Assembly: GCF_035084215.1 (NCBI RefSeq)
Contig: NC_090342.1
Span: 38,316,001 to 38,380,000 of the forward strand
From: Heptranchias perlo
Lineage: Eukaryota
DNA length: 64,000 bases
Direction of reading: 5' to 3'
Shown here: positions 52,085 through 62,997 of the stretch, one piece after another
Layout of the letters: the number at the start of each line of letters is the position of its first letter
Numbering within the stretch: the stretch's first letter is position 1
Notes under the pieces: model-generated
Databases searched by the model: none
Told to the model about the DNA's origin: nothing
The model's input: only the letters and a program-made list of their open reading frames with translations
Program-made: the position numbers and the translations under genes

Positions 52085-54583
52085 AACATTCAGGTGGCTG
52101 CAAGTCTAGCTCAGCCTTTGCAGAAATGTAATTTTTTTGAGGATGTTAGGAGGTCACAAGTAATTATGAGAAAATTATCTTAAGGGATTCAGATGAAAAA
52201 CTACCATGATATAATCACCCACTTCCCCACCAGTGAACGTTGTAGCTGACTTTGACAGCTAGGATATTTGATTCAGTCTTGCAGGCCATCCTCGGGGAAA
52301 GATTATATTTGAGATGTAATCACAAGATTACTGAATTTATTCTGCAGTAGATGACTGGAAAATAACCCTCTATATCTGCGCATTATGAGGGTTGATTCTA
52401 GGCAACAATTTTGTGACAAAAGTGCCAAATGATACGTTAGAAAGTGAAGCATTTAATTTATTTGTTATCTGCAAAATCTATTTTGCAAAAAAATTCCTAT
52501 TAATAAACTTTTTGCAGATTTGCAAAATTAAAAATGAAAAATCAACTTTTGTAATAATTTGTTTTTTTGGAGTTTTATAGCCAACTAAAAGTTAATTAAA
52601 TTTCTATAAAGATCATGGCAGAGTCATATTTCTGCCATTATCTTTGTTCAGGGAAGTAATAGCTTTCTAGTCTGTTCTGAACTCCTCCTTCACTGATGTG
52701 ACAACTTAGGTGCTTTACATGAAGTCTACTGCAGATTCATTGAATTTAGACACTGTCTGACAGCTAGTTATTTTTAAGAATGTTAGAACTCGCACTAGCA
52801 TTTTTTGGCACTGATGATGGTTTCTAAAACCCACAATCTGTGTGTGTCTGTATGTGAGTGTGAATGATGGTGATAGAGCGGGGGGCGGGGAGAGGAGAAG
52901 ATACCATTGAGAAACACAGGAAATGCCTCAAGGGTTGTAATGGGGTGCAGACACAAAGACCGGCAAAGCACAAAATAATGTGTCTTGTATGTGTTGTTGA
53001 GTTGAAACAATTTGAGGTTGAAAGCTTGTGTTAAACTTTTTTCAGGAAATAGTTGGCCTTAACCCTTAAGCTTTAGTGGCACCCTGGAGTGATGCTTTTG
53101 AGGAGTGACCTTTTGAAGTGACTCCATCATAAAATCTAATTACCAAAGCATTTTAGGAATAAATATCAGAGGGTTTGACCCTGCAAGGGGTTGGTGGGGG
53201 ATGGTGGGATATAAGGAAGATTTTCTCATGTGTGTTGTTAGTTGCTTAAACTGTTGAGTTATGTGGTAGAATGTGCTGTCAAAGTGTGAGGCTCTTCAGA
53301 TCAAGTCACTTCCACCACCGCAACTGAAGTGTGTGCAGCTTTACACGCTGTTTTTGATTTTTAAATTATTTTTCCTCCATCTGGAAGACAATATGCGACA
53401 CACTGCACCCTTTATGGCTGCTATGTTGTGAGTGAGAATGGCCTGGGAGGAGGGTAACTTTCTTCAGTCCTGCCCCTTCCCCCTCTTGTGGGTAAGCATC
53501 AAGCTGCGTGTTTGGTGCATCCCACAGTTCTGTGATGCCATGACTTGCTGCTTTACTCCATATGCTGATGTGGCTCATTCATTTTCACGCTGTGATTTCT
53601 GCTGTTCCATATTCGTGCTGTTCATCAGTTTGGCTCACAAGGAACTAAACGGCAAATATGCCCATTTGTGCCAGGCCATGAGCGGCCTTAAAGGACTGCT
53701 GGAGACTGCTCCAAAAACTGCATCCAGGCCCAACAAGCTCACCTGACCGATAGGACCCCGGCAATTGGCTGACCCACCTCCCCCCTGATGATGGACCCCC
53801 CCCCCTGATGGTGGACCCCCCGATGGCGGACTTTCCCCCCCCCTCTGATGCTGGAACCCTCCACCCCCTGATCAACGAGGCTTGCTGAACCCCCCCGATC
53901 TCTGATGTTGCCTGAATCCCCCCGATCCACGATGCTGGCTGGATCCCCGATGTCGTCCACCTCCCCACCCCCATCCATCCGATTTTTTGCAGTGCCGATG
54001 ATCTCTCTCTCTCCCTCCGTCCCCCTATCTGATGTGCAGCTCCTTTCCCTGCCGACAACCAACCAGCCTGTCAATCAGGCTGGCTGCCGGGTGCGAAACC
54101 CCTGATCGCGACCCGCCCACTTACCTGCCGGATTTCGCACCTGGAAATCTTCCCCCCCACTCCCTTCCTGGCTAGAAGCTAAAATTTACCCTCTGATATC
54201 ATCTCAGCTAGAAATAGTATGTGACTTAGGGAAACTGGAAAAAGAAAGGAGGAAGGGTCAGAAAGCAACTATAGACCTCTATCTTTTTTGATTTATTTTA
54301 TTACTGTACTTGCTTTTTTCTCAAATCTGACAGCTCCATTTTCTTATCTCTTCAATATTCTTTTCTTTCTGAAAGCTCACATTTAGTACATTGCTACTGT
54401 GGGTAAATTTTATTTTGGTTTAATAGTCCTTCCCTTACACAAAGTAACATGTGGTATTGATCAATCCTTAACATGCCTTGTTAGTGTAATTGAAGCTGCA
54501 AAATACTTCCGAGACTTGGCTGACTTTTACCTCTGTTTCCTGTTTTGTAAGAAAAATAAAATTTCTCACATTCCACATTGCAG

Positions 54584-54713
54584 AATAGCACAGGAACAAT
54601 GTTGCCGGGTAAAGCTTGAAGAGATCCACTGCACAAATGGTATAAACATGGCCAGCGAGAACCAAGCATGTGAGGCACAAGGCATTGTCACAGACAAATG
54701 CAATGCTGTAAAG
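54584..54713 (+). CDS. FBLN1: FBLN1 exon 3
   Basis: RIAQEQCCRVKLEEIHCTNGINMASENQACEAQGIVTDKCNAVK. 130 nt, phase 2-0. Confidence 0.93.
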
Positions 54714-54819
54714 GTAATGAATTTTTTTCCTTCCAAATGCCCTGATATACAATGGAATTTTTAGTACACAATGCTTTACAAAGGGTATTGAACTTTATTC
54801 TCTGTTGAGTAAAAACACT

Positions 54820-56304
54820 GGCCTAGAAATTAATTCACGCCAGTCTGCTCCGGAACAGGTCGGCCAAAGGCACACCCGATATTGGGCCTCTGGCCTCATT
54901 TTGTTGGGACTGGTGAGCTGCAGATGCCTGCTGGGTGTCTCCAGGCAACTCGCCGGCGAAGAGGATTTCAATTTCAGGCCGCTACATCGCCGACAGCGGC
55001 CCTCGGGTAGGTCCTGGGAGAGGGGGGTAGCAATTAGAAGTGAGGGGAGCAATCAGGAGGGGGCTAATCGGGGTCCTGCAACAGTCTTCAGCTCTGCAGT
55101 GGACTCGGGAGGAGCACCCCTGCTCTTCCTGGCTCCACATTCAGGTAAGTATTTTTTTTAAATGTACCTTTTTGGTGGTGGCCAGCGGTCCCTTTAAGGA
55201 CCTCTGGTTAGGATGCATGTTTTAAAAAATATATTCATTCTTGAGATATGGGCATCATTGGCAAGACCAGCATTTATTGCCCACCCCTAGTTGCCCTTGA
55301 GAAGGTGTGGTAGGCCTTCTTCTTGTACTGCTGCAATCCATGTGGTGAAGGTACGCCCACACAGTTGTTAGGTAGGGACTTCCAGGATTTTGACCCAGCG
55401 ACAGTGAAGCAATGGCAATAAATGTCCAAGTTGGGATGGTGTGTGACTTGGAGGGGAACTTGGAGGTGGTGGTGTTCACATGCACCTGCTGCCCTGGTCC
55501 TTCTAGGTGGTAGAGGTCGCAGATTTGGAATGTGTTGCTGAAGAAGCCTTGACGAGTTGCTGCAGTGCATTCTGTGATTGGTACAGACTGCAGCCATGGT
55601 ACGCTGGTGGTGGATGGAGTGGATGTTTGTGTTGGTGGATGGGGTGCTGATCAAGTGGACTGCTTTGTCATGGGTGATGTCGAGCTTCTTTAGCGTTGTT
55701 GCAGCTGCACCCATCCAGGTAAGTGGAGAGGATTCCACTCCTGACTTGTGTCTTGATGGTGGAGAGACTTTGAGTAGTCAGGAAGTGAGTCACTCGCCAG
55801 AGAATACCCAGCCTCTGAACTGCTCTAGTAACCACGGCATTTATGTGGTTGGTCCAGTTGAGTTTCTGGTCAATGGTGACCCCCAGGATGTTGATGGTGG
55901 GGGATTCGCCGATGGTAATGCCATTGAATGTCAAGGTGAAGTGATTAGGCTCTCTCGTGTTGGAAATGGTCATTACCTGGCACGTGTGTGGCGCGAATGA
56001 TACTTGCCACTTATCAGTCCAAGCCTGGATGTTGTCCAAGTTTTCGTGGGCCTGCTGCATTCAGGACAGTCCAATTTTGAAAAGGGGGCGTCAAACAGGC
56101 ATGCGGCCCACTATTTGTATATACAAAGGTACTAATGCTTGTTTCAGGCGAGGGCCCTGAGCACCTTTTCTGCCTTTACTAATATGGTGGGTGGCACAAT
56201 TCCGATGTGTAATGAGTGTGCCTGCTCTGCTCGCCATATTGGGTGCTGAGGCGCCCGTTTTGTGCCTGAAAAAGGCCACTGACTCCACTGCTCAATTATA
56301 CCTA
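54820..56304. mobile_element. Harbinger-type MITE split by a LINE
   Basis: GGCCTAGAAATT-type left end; CpG-rich halves at 54820-55225 and 56060-56304 resemble the other MITEs. Confidence 0.5.
55232..56060 (-). mobile_element. Older copy of the 11460-family LINE
   Basis: LDNIQAWTDKWQVSFAP..INILGVTIDQKLNWT..SKSWKSLPN. Confidence 0.9.
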
Positions 56305-57536
56305 GTGGATTTGTACAGTTTTATCAGTTAAAATCGATTTTAAAAAGTGGCCCATAATTAGGTCAGCTCAGTAATTATTAAGTCATGGTTAAAGCCAAAG
56401 CATTGACCATATGTTAAAGATTACGTTTTGGCATAAGGTAAAAAATCAAGGGCAACTCGTCTGGATTGCAATCTGCTTAAATTCTAGTCCAGTCGTTTGA
56501 GATCAAGTAAGTGGCACAAGGATTCCAGGAAGACTGGAAGAAAAAAAAGTTCAAAAACCTTTTTGGGGGGTGGGTAGGGACAGAAAGAAAAAGTTATAAA
56601 AGCAATTCTCAGTTTTTCTTTCTCTGCCGCTGTGACTTGTTTATGAAATGAATATGTAAATTGGGTCTTCATGGTGAAAGTGAAGCCTACTGTCATTTTG
56701 TCAACTTTAATTCAAGTCTCCGTGTATTACACACCAATCCTTGGGTGAAAGGGTCAGCAGCTCCCAAGACTTTGCCATTGCTGTTTAGTAACTGGCAGGA
56801 AAAGAATGAGCACAGCAGGAGTTGTTGCATAGTGACCAGGAATGCAACTTCCCTCCACTCCAAACCTAACCCCAATCCCTAATCTGGACATGTTGAGGCC
56901 AATTATAGCATCCCCACTGTTGCCTTCACTTAGATCAGTTAACTCAGCAAACTCCTGCAGTAATTGTAAAAGCCCCAAAGCACTCCTGTGTAGTAACAAG
57001 AATGGACATATACATCTCTTTAGTAACAAATAAAATCATCTCATTAAATTTTGTGAAAAGGCTTACAACAAGATGGATGCTGACACAGTACACTGGAGCA
57101 CACACATGTGAGGCCACAGAATTGTTAGGAATGTCGATTCAGTTTCCCACATGGGGCTGAGTTAGGCCACTGTAGAGAAGTGTTGAGTAATGGTCATAAC
57201 CTGTTAACAGCATTTCTAATTCTCTGATCTGCTCCCTGATCACTGCTGAACTCCTATTTCAACCATTTTATTCAGCCAGTGTTCTCCCCTTCCCTCCTTT
57301 CCTGAAGGCATTGAGTCATTACTGGGGTACAGTTCCACAACCACCAGTTGCTTTCCAGTTCCTTACCCAAGCAGCTATTCCTCATGTGTGAGGTAAGACA
57401 ATGAGTGTTGGCAGGCCAATTAGCCATGGGTAGAGGGCAAGAGGTGTGGGGGGTTGGGGAAGGCATCTGAACTGAATTTGACCTGGTCCTCATCTAATGT
57501 CTAAATGTACACTTTTAGGTGGGGGATTTCTGGATA

Positions 57537-57692
57537 TCAATCATAGAATCATAGAATCATAGAAGTTTACAACATGGAAACAGGCCCTTCGGCCCAACAT
57601 GTCCATGTCGCCCAGTTTATACCACTAAGCTAGTCCCAATTGCCTGCACTTGGCCCATATCCCTCTATACCCATCTTACCCATGTAACTGTC
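57537..57692 (-). mobile_element. CR1 3' end with (TCTATGAT)n tail nested in a SINE
   Basis: ATCATAGA repeats followed by GAAACAGGCCCTTCGGCCCAAC. Confidence 0.8.
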
Positions 57693-58222
57693 ATTAGCAG
57701 GAACTCGCTCTGATTTTCCCCTCCCTAAACTAGGGGTACTGAGGCCAATTGCACTGGGGGAGCCTGCCTCCTGTCCAATTCTATTCTGTAGGATGTTCAC
57801 TGGAGAAGATTATTTGTTCAGTTGGATGGATTTTCATGTAATTTGATAAAAGCACTCAAGTGAAAGGAAACTCCTGCAATGTGACTCGTTAGCCAGGTGC
57901 TGTTTCTCTAACCATTGCATTGTGAACATGCCTCGTGTTACCTCACACGTTGAGTTACCAATTCAGGCCTAACTGTTAAGAGGAGGTACTGAACACAGGG
58001 AAAGCATTCTCCAGGGTGGAGGGTGAGTTAACTAGGGCTGATCTTCTGCACCTTCTGGTGGACAGTTACAGAAGAGCAACAGAGATTTGGGAACAGATTG
58101 CTTACATGTCCTTTGTTGAGGAACAAAATGTCTGGTGAAGGAGAGGGAATTAATTCCCCAATTAATGGAACAGCATGTATACATTTACCTTTCTCGCTCC
58201 CTCTAATTTCCTTCTTCGACAG

Positions 58223-58421
58223 AAATGCTGTCAGTGTTGTCTTCTGGGTAAAGAAGCTAAAGTCCATGGACTCAGTTGTGAAGCAAATCAAGCCCTGGGA
58301 TACCAATGTGGACAGGTCTACAGGGCATGCTGTGTACGAGAACAAGAAGACATCAACATTCCAGCCACAGGCAACAATACAGAACCATATTCATCCCCAG
58401 AAACGCGCAACCAGAGTTCAG
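58223..58421 (+). CDS. FBLN1: FBLN1 exon 4 (anaphylatoxin-like module 3 + linker)
   Basis: KCCQCCLLGKEAKVHGLSCEANQALGYQCGQVYRACCV...NQSS. 199 nt, CAG|GTAACA donor, phase 0-1. Confidence 0.92.
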
Positions 58422-58636
58422 GTAACATTGAGAGAAGAGAGCAGCCAACCTGAGGGTCGGGCCCATTAATAAAGAAATATGACCCCTTTCCTTTAGCTAA
58501 ATGTGAGAATGCCTTGTTTGTATAGCAAAATGTTAACATATTTCAAGCTGAATGCTATGGTAACAAGAGTAAAGGGTCACTGTCTGCATGAAGCAATATT
58601 TGCCATTTTGTTTTGAGTTTTTGCTGATAAACACCT

Positions 58637-59035
58637 CAGCTTAGCTCAGCTGGCAGCATTCTTAACTTTTGAGTCAGAAAGTTGTGGGTTCAAGCCCTGC
58701 TGCAAGAAATGAATGTATAATCTGGGCTGCCACTCCAGTGTAGTACTGAGAGAGCGCTGCATTGTAAAAAGTGTCATCACTCAGATGAGGCTTTATACCG
58801 AGGTCCAGTTTGCCTGTCTCTGTTGTTTAGGTGGATGTTGAAGATCCCAACGGACTATTTGAAGTTCTCACAGGGAGTTCTTCTGAAATCTGAGCAAACA
58901 TTCTTCCATCAACTGATACCATCAAAAACTGATTTACTTCATCATCTTATTGCCGTTTGTACAAATTTGCTGCTGCATTTCCCCCTTGTAACAGCAATTA
59001 TTGCTGAGAAACACTTTGAAATTTTTCTTGGATGA
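58637..59035 (+). mobile_element. Deu-domain SINE
   Basis: TAGCTCAGCTGG box A, GGGTTCAAGCCC box B, and a Deu-like core as in the 29695 copy. Confidence 0.7.
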
Positions 59036-60302
59036 CGTTTAATTACATGAATTAATTCAGAATGCATTGCCCCTTTACTTGCATTAGGGTGATAAAATTA
59101 TAAACAGATTAATAATCCAAAGCAGGAACAGCACTTCTCTCCCCAAATAAAAAGTTTGTGGAACATTTTTTGTCAGTACTCCTTTAACAAAAAACCTCCA
59201 TTGCAATGGATTGACTGTGTGTTTTAAATTCTCAGGTGATGCAATAAAATGATATGCTGATTATGGGCTTCACTGTATCTGTCTACATACCATGGAATGA
59301 CATCTCATTACCAAGAGATACAATCACTGAGCTGGTTGTTCACCTTCAAACTATTGACGTTAAATGATCTCCCTAACAGTCAGTCTCTGTGATGCCAGCA
59401 CCAGTCGCTGTTAAAAAAACAAAATGAAGTATTTACCTTTTGGTGAGGGTAAACCTTCTTCTTTCTTTTCAGTTTGCTCTCTCCCTTCTCTCCCAGTTGG
59501 GTCGCCTTTCACCTTCCCCAGCCGAGGGGGCAGGCGAGGATCCTACTCCACTTTTGCCAATATGTGACAGTGGCCCAGGGCTGAATTTCACAGCCGACAG
59601 CCTCCCGACTAAAATTCCTAGACGAGACTTCTGTTGAAGGAGTCTTGCTGTCTGTGCACTCTCTTTAAGTGATGATTACTAAAAAAACCTGAGCATATTA
59701 AAATTCTAAAATTGTCCCCAGTGGGCTTTTCTTTTTGATATAGATGGAGTCTGATGTATAATGACATACAACAGAATCTTTGGAAATAGGCTTTTATAGA
59801 GCTGGAAAAGCAGACTACTCACATCTATCAAATATACAGCTAGTGGTGTGGTAAATATCAGAAATCACCGTCAAAATCTTACAATAGTTTAAGAGCAATC
59901 TATTTTGAATATGTCCGCTCCTTACCTTCCTATGACGACTTAAATAGTGAACATGTGGACAGCATGTGGGACAAGATCAGACTCAAAACTTAAATCCTAT
60001 TTGTAACCTCAGCAGTTGTTTTTGAATGAAGGTGTTAGAATATTATCATGTGTTGCTGTTTAAAGTTGCAGCCTTGAAGGCTGCCTCTCCAGAGTCTTTG
60101 TTGTACCATTTCAATCCATCATCTCACAATCTGTGCGATGTGTTCATTTTTCTTGCTTTGGATTATTATTCTGTTCATAATTTGAGAAAAGAAAGTCCCA
60201 TTCATGTATTTCTTTGATTATAATTGTGTTAGTTGGTTAAGTCACCCAATGATATTATATGGTTTTATTCATTTCTAGAGTGATATAATTTCTATCCGAA
60301 GA

Positions 60303-60577
60303 GGTGGACAAATGCAAGGAATCTTACAACACCAGGTTATAGTCCAACAATTTTATTTTAAAATCACAAGCTTTCGGAGATTTTATTTTAAAATCACAAG
60401 CTTTCGGAGATTATCTCCTTCGTCACCTGACGAAGGAGATAATCTCCGAAAGCTTGTGATTTTAAAATAAAATCTCCGAAAGCTTGTGATTTTAAAATAA
60501 AATTGTTGGACTATAACCTGGTGTTGTAAGATTCCTTACATTTGTCCACCCCAGTCCATCACCGGCATCTCCACATC
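60303..60577 (+). mobile_element. Palindromic Penelope-like insertion (inverted terminal copy + tail) with 14-bp TSD
   Basis: 123-bp inverted arms at 60303-60425 and 60428-60550 (1 mismatch), then a unique tail CCAGTCCATCACCGGCATCTCCACATC. ATCCGAAGAGGTGG occurs at 60294-60307 and 60578-60591. Confidence 0.85.
60422..60490 (+). ncRNA. Hammerhead ribozyme motif with duplicated 3' half
   Basis: GTCAC-CTGACGA-A-GGAGA-TAA-TCTCC-GAAA-GCTT-GTGAT, then a second TCTCCGAAAGCTTGTGAT 30 nt later. Confidence 0.8.
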
Positions 60578-60846
60578 ATCCGAAGAGGTGGTAGCATAGC
60601 AAATATAATTAATGAACCTGTATCTATCTCACATTTCTGTTGTTTATTAGATGGTCTCTAGCCACTGGAAACCATTATTTTTATTGTTGTAAGTGTATTG
60701 AATTTGAAATCCTCAATATTTTATGCCACCAATTTTACAAGATGGAAAGGTGAAAGTTAACTGAAAAGCTCTATACAATCTGTAATCTGATTTGGGATGT
60801 GCCCTGCAGTGAAAGTTGTCCATTTATACCTCATTTTCTTCTTCAG

Positions 60847-60912
60847 GTCGTACAGAAATCAGAAAACCATCACCAGAGCTGGAGGATCCATTCCTGAATG
60901 ATCGATGCAGAG
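60847..60912 (+). CDS. FBLN1: FBLN1 exon 5 (gene continues beyond right edge)
   Basis: GRTEIRKPSPELEDPFLNDRCRG, with the fibulin-1 motif EDP(Y/F)LNDRCRG. 66 nt, phase 1-1. Confidence 0.93.
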
Positions 60913-60933
60913 GTATGGAGGTTTGTTGTTAAA

Positions 60934-61160
60934 TTAATTACATCCACTCAATGAGACTTGGATTAAAGCTCTCACGTTTTTATGCAGCCCCTCAACACTG
61001 TATTGTGTAGTGAAACAATAAATTTTGTGAAAGGACAAAGTTATATTTTGTAAATGTAAAACCAGATGCCACCGGTTTCCATTATATTCTGTGAAATGGC
61101 TGTCTTAAAGGGGGCAGAATGGAACCTTTAATCCAAGTCTCATTAAGTGGATGTAATTAA
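60934..61160. mobile_element. MITE with 35-bp terminal inverted repeats
   Basis: TTAATTACATCCACTCAATGAGACTTGGATTAAAG at 60934-60968 versus 61126-61160 (1 mismatch). Confidence 0.8.
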
Positions 61161-61286
61161 ATTGTCCCATAATTCTTACGTGTTGTAAAGAAATCTGTAC
61201 ACCTACTGATGCTTCTCCATGTCCCCTTGTTACTATGTTTTCTGATATAGAACTGTTGGTTGAGGCAGCCTAACAACAGACATCAT

Positions 61287-62997
61287 GGGTGTTAAATTGG
61301 GCCTTGTAGCACTCATTTTTTTAGGCGCTACGCGGCCAACTAAGACTCGAAAATGGGGTCCGAGATGCGTGCACAAACTTCCGATAGGAAGTACGCAGGG
61401 CGCCATCTTGGTAAAGGGGTTTGTGCGTGCACCTAACAACCGCTGGCAGCATGCAGAGTAGGGAGATTATGACACAAATCAGTGTGCAACGCTGATTTGA
61501 AGGCACTGCTGCCATTTTGCAATTTCACACTCCAGCCAACACACAGCTGAACACAATGTTAAATCGCATGAAGAACCCCCCCACCAGCACTATTTAAAGG
61601 GATCATGAAGTACTTACAGGTTAGTTGCTGGATTATTTCTTCTGGCTGCTGGTGCAATTGTACGCGTTTCAATAAGGTTTCAGTACTCTACAGGGAGTGG
61701 TCTGGCTGATCTTGCAGTACTTTAGTGTCATTTAAAATATTTTATTGAAAGAAGTTGCTTCCAGACATGGGTGGCCTGCTAGGGCTTCCTCTGGGAATTG
61801 GACATAACTGGGAGAATAAACAGAGGCACAAAGAGCAGGACAAGCTGCTAGAAGAGGCAGGAGGAGGAGGAGCAGGGCACTCAGCAGAAGGTCATATCAG
61901 CGGAGGATCTTCAGGGAGCAATTCTCTTACCTCAACTTCAGCGATGACCAGTGCATCAGACGTCTTCGGTTCACTAAAGAGGTCGTGACTGAAATCTGTC
62001 AACTGCTGCATCCACAACTGCAACCTCAAAGCAAGGGAAGGACAGCATTGCCTGTGGCTGTCAAGGTGACCGTGGCTCTTAATTTTTAGGCCTCTGGCTC
62101 CTTTCAGGCTGCTGCTGGAGATATAAGCAACATCTCTCAGTTTGCAGTGCACTGCAGTATAAGGGCGATCACTGAGATTCTCTGTACAATGAGAAACACA
62201 TTCATCTCATTCCCTCTTGCCAGAGACAAGCAGGAGGAATGAGCACAAGATTTTGCTCAGATTGCAGGCTTCCCCATGATGCAGGGTGCCATTGACTGCA
62301 CGCACATTGCCTTGCATGCTCCCCATCTGAACTCGGCCATATTCATGAACAGAAAGGGATTCCACTCCCTCAATGTGCAGCTGGTGTGCGACCACAGGCA
62401 GCGCATCATGCAGGTCAGTGCCCGCTATCCCGGCAGTAGTCATGATTCATTCATTCTGTGCCAGTCCTCTGTTCCACCTGTATTTGAATCAGCATGGAAA
62501 GTCAAAGGCTGGCTATTGGTCGACAGGGGTATCTCCTCATGACATAGCTCATAACTCCAGTCAGGAACACATGCACACGTGCACAGCAGGCCTACAGTGA
62601 GAGCCAATCTGTCACAAGGAACATTATAGAGCACACCCTAGGCGTCCTCATGCAACGCTTCCACTGCCTGGACCGCACAGGAGGAACCCTGTGGTACTCA
62701 GCTAAGCGGGTATCCAGATTTGTGGTAGTATGCTGCATGCTGCACAACCTGGCCATTATGAGGGAATAGCCATTGCCTCCGCCGATCAGGCGAGAAGCTG
62801 AGGAGCAGGAGCAAGAGGAGGAGGCAGAGGAGAAGGAGAAGGAGGAGGTGGAGGATGACGAAGTGCAAGAGGAAGTGGAAGAAGAGGAAGAGGAAGGGAG
62901 GCTACAACATCGGCCTTTTCTGCCAGGGCTCTACATGATCAGGTTATTCATGAGCGATACCAGAAACCTCAACCGCACCTCCCCATTCACCAACAGT
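61287..62997 (+). mobile_element. Harbinger DNA transposon with near full-length but disrupted transposase
   Basis: FSDDQCIRRLRFTKEVVTEICQLL..ALPVAVKVTVALNF*ASGSFQ..QGAIDCTHIAL..NRKGFHSLNVQLVCDH..YPGSSHDS..CCMLHNLA, with stops and frameshifts. Left TIR GGGTGTTAAATTGGGC. Confidence 0.92.
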
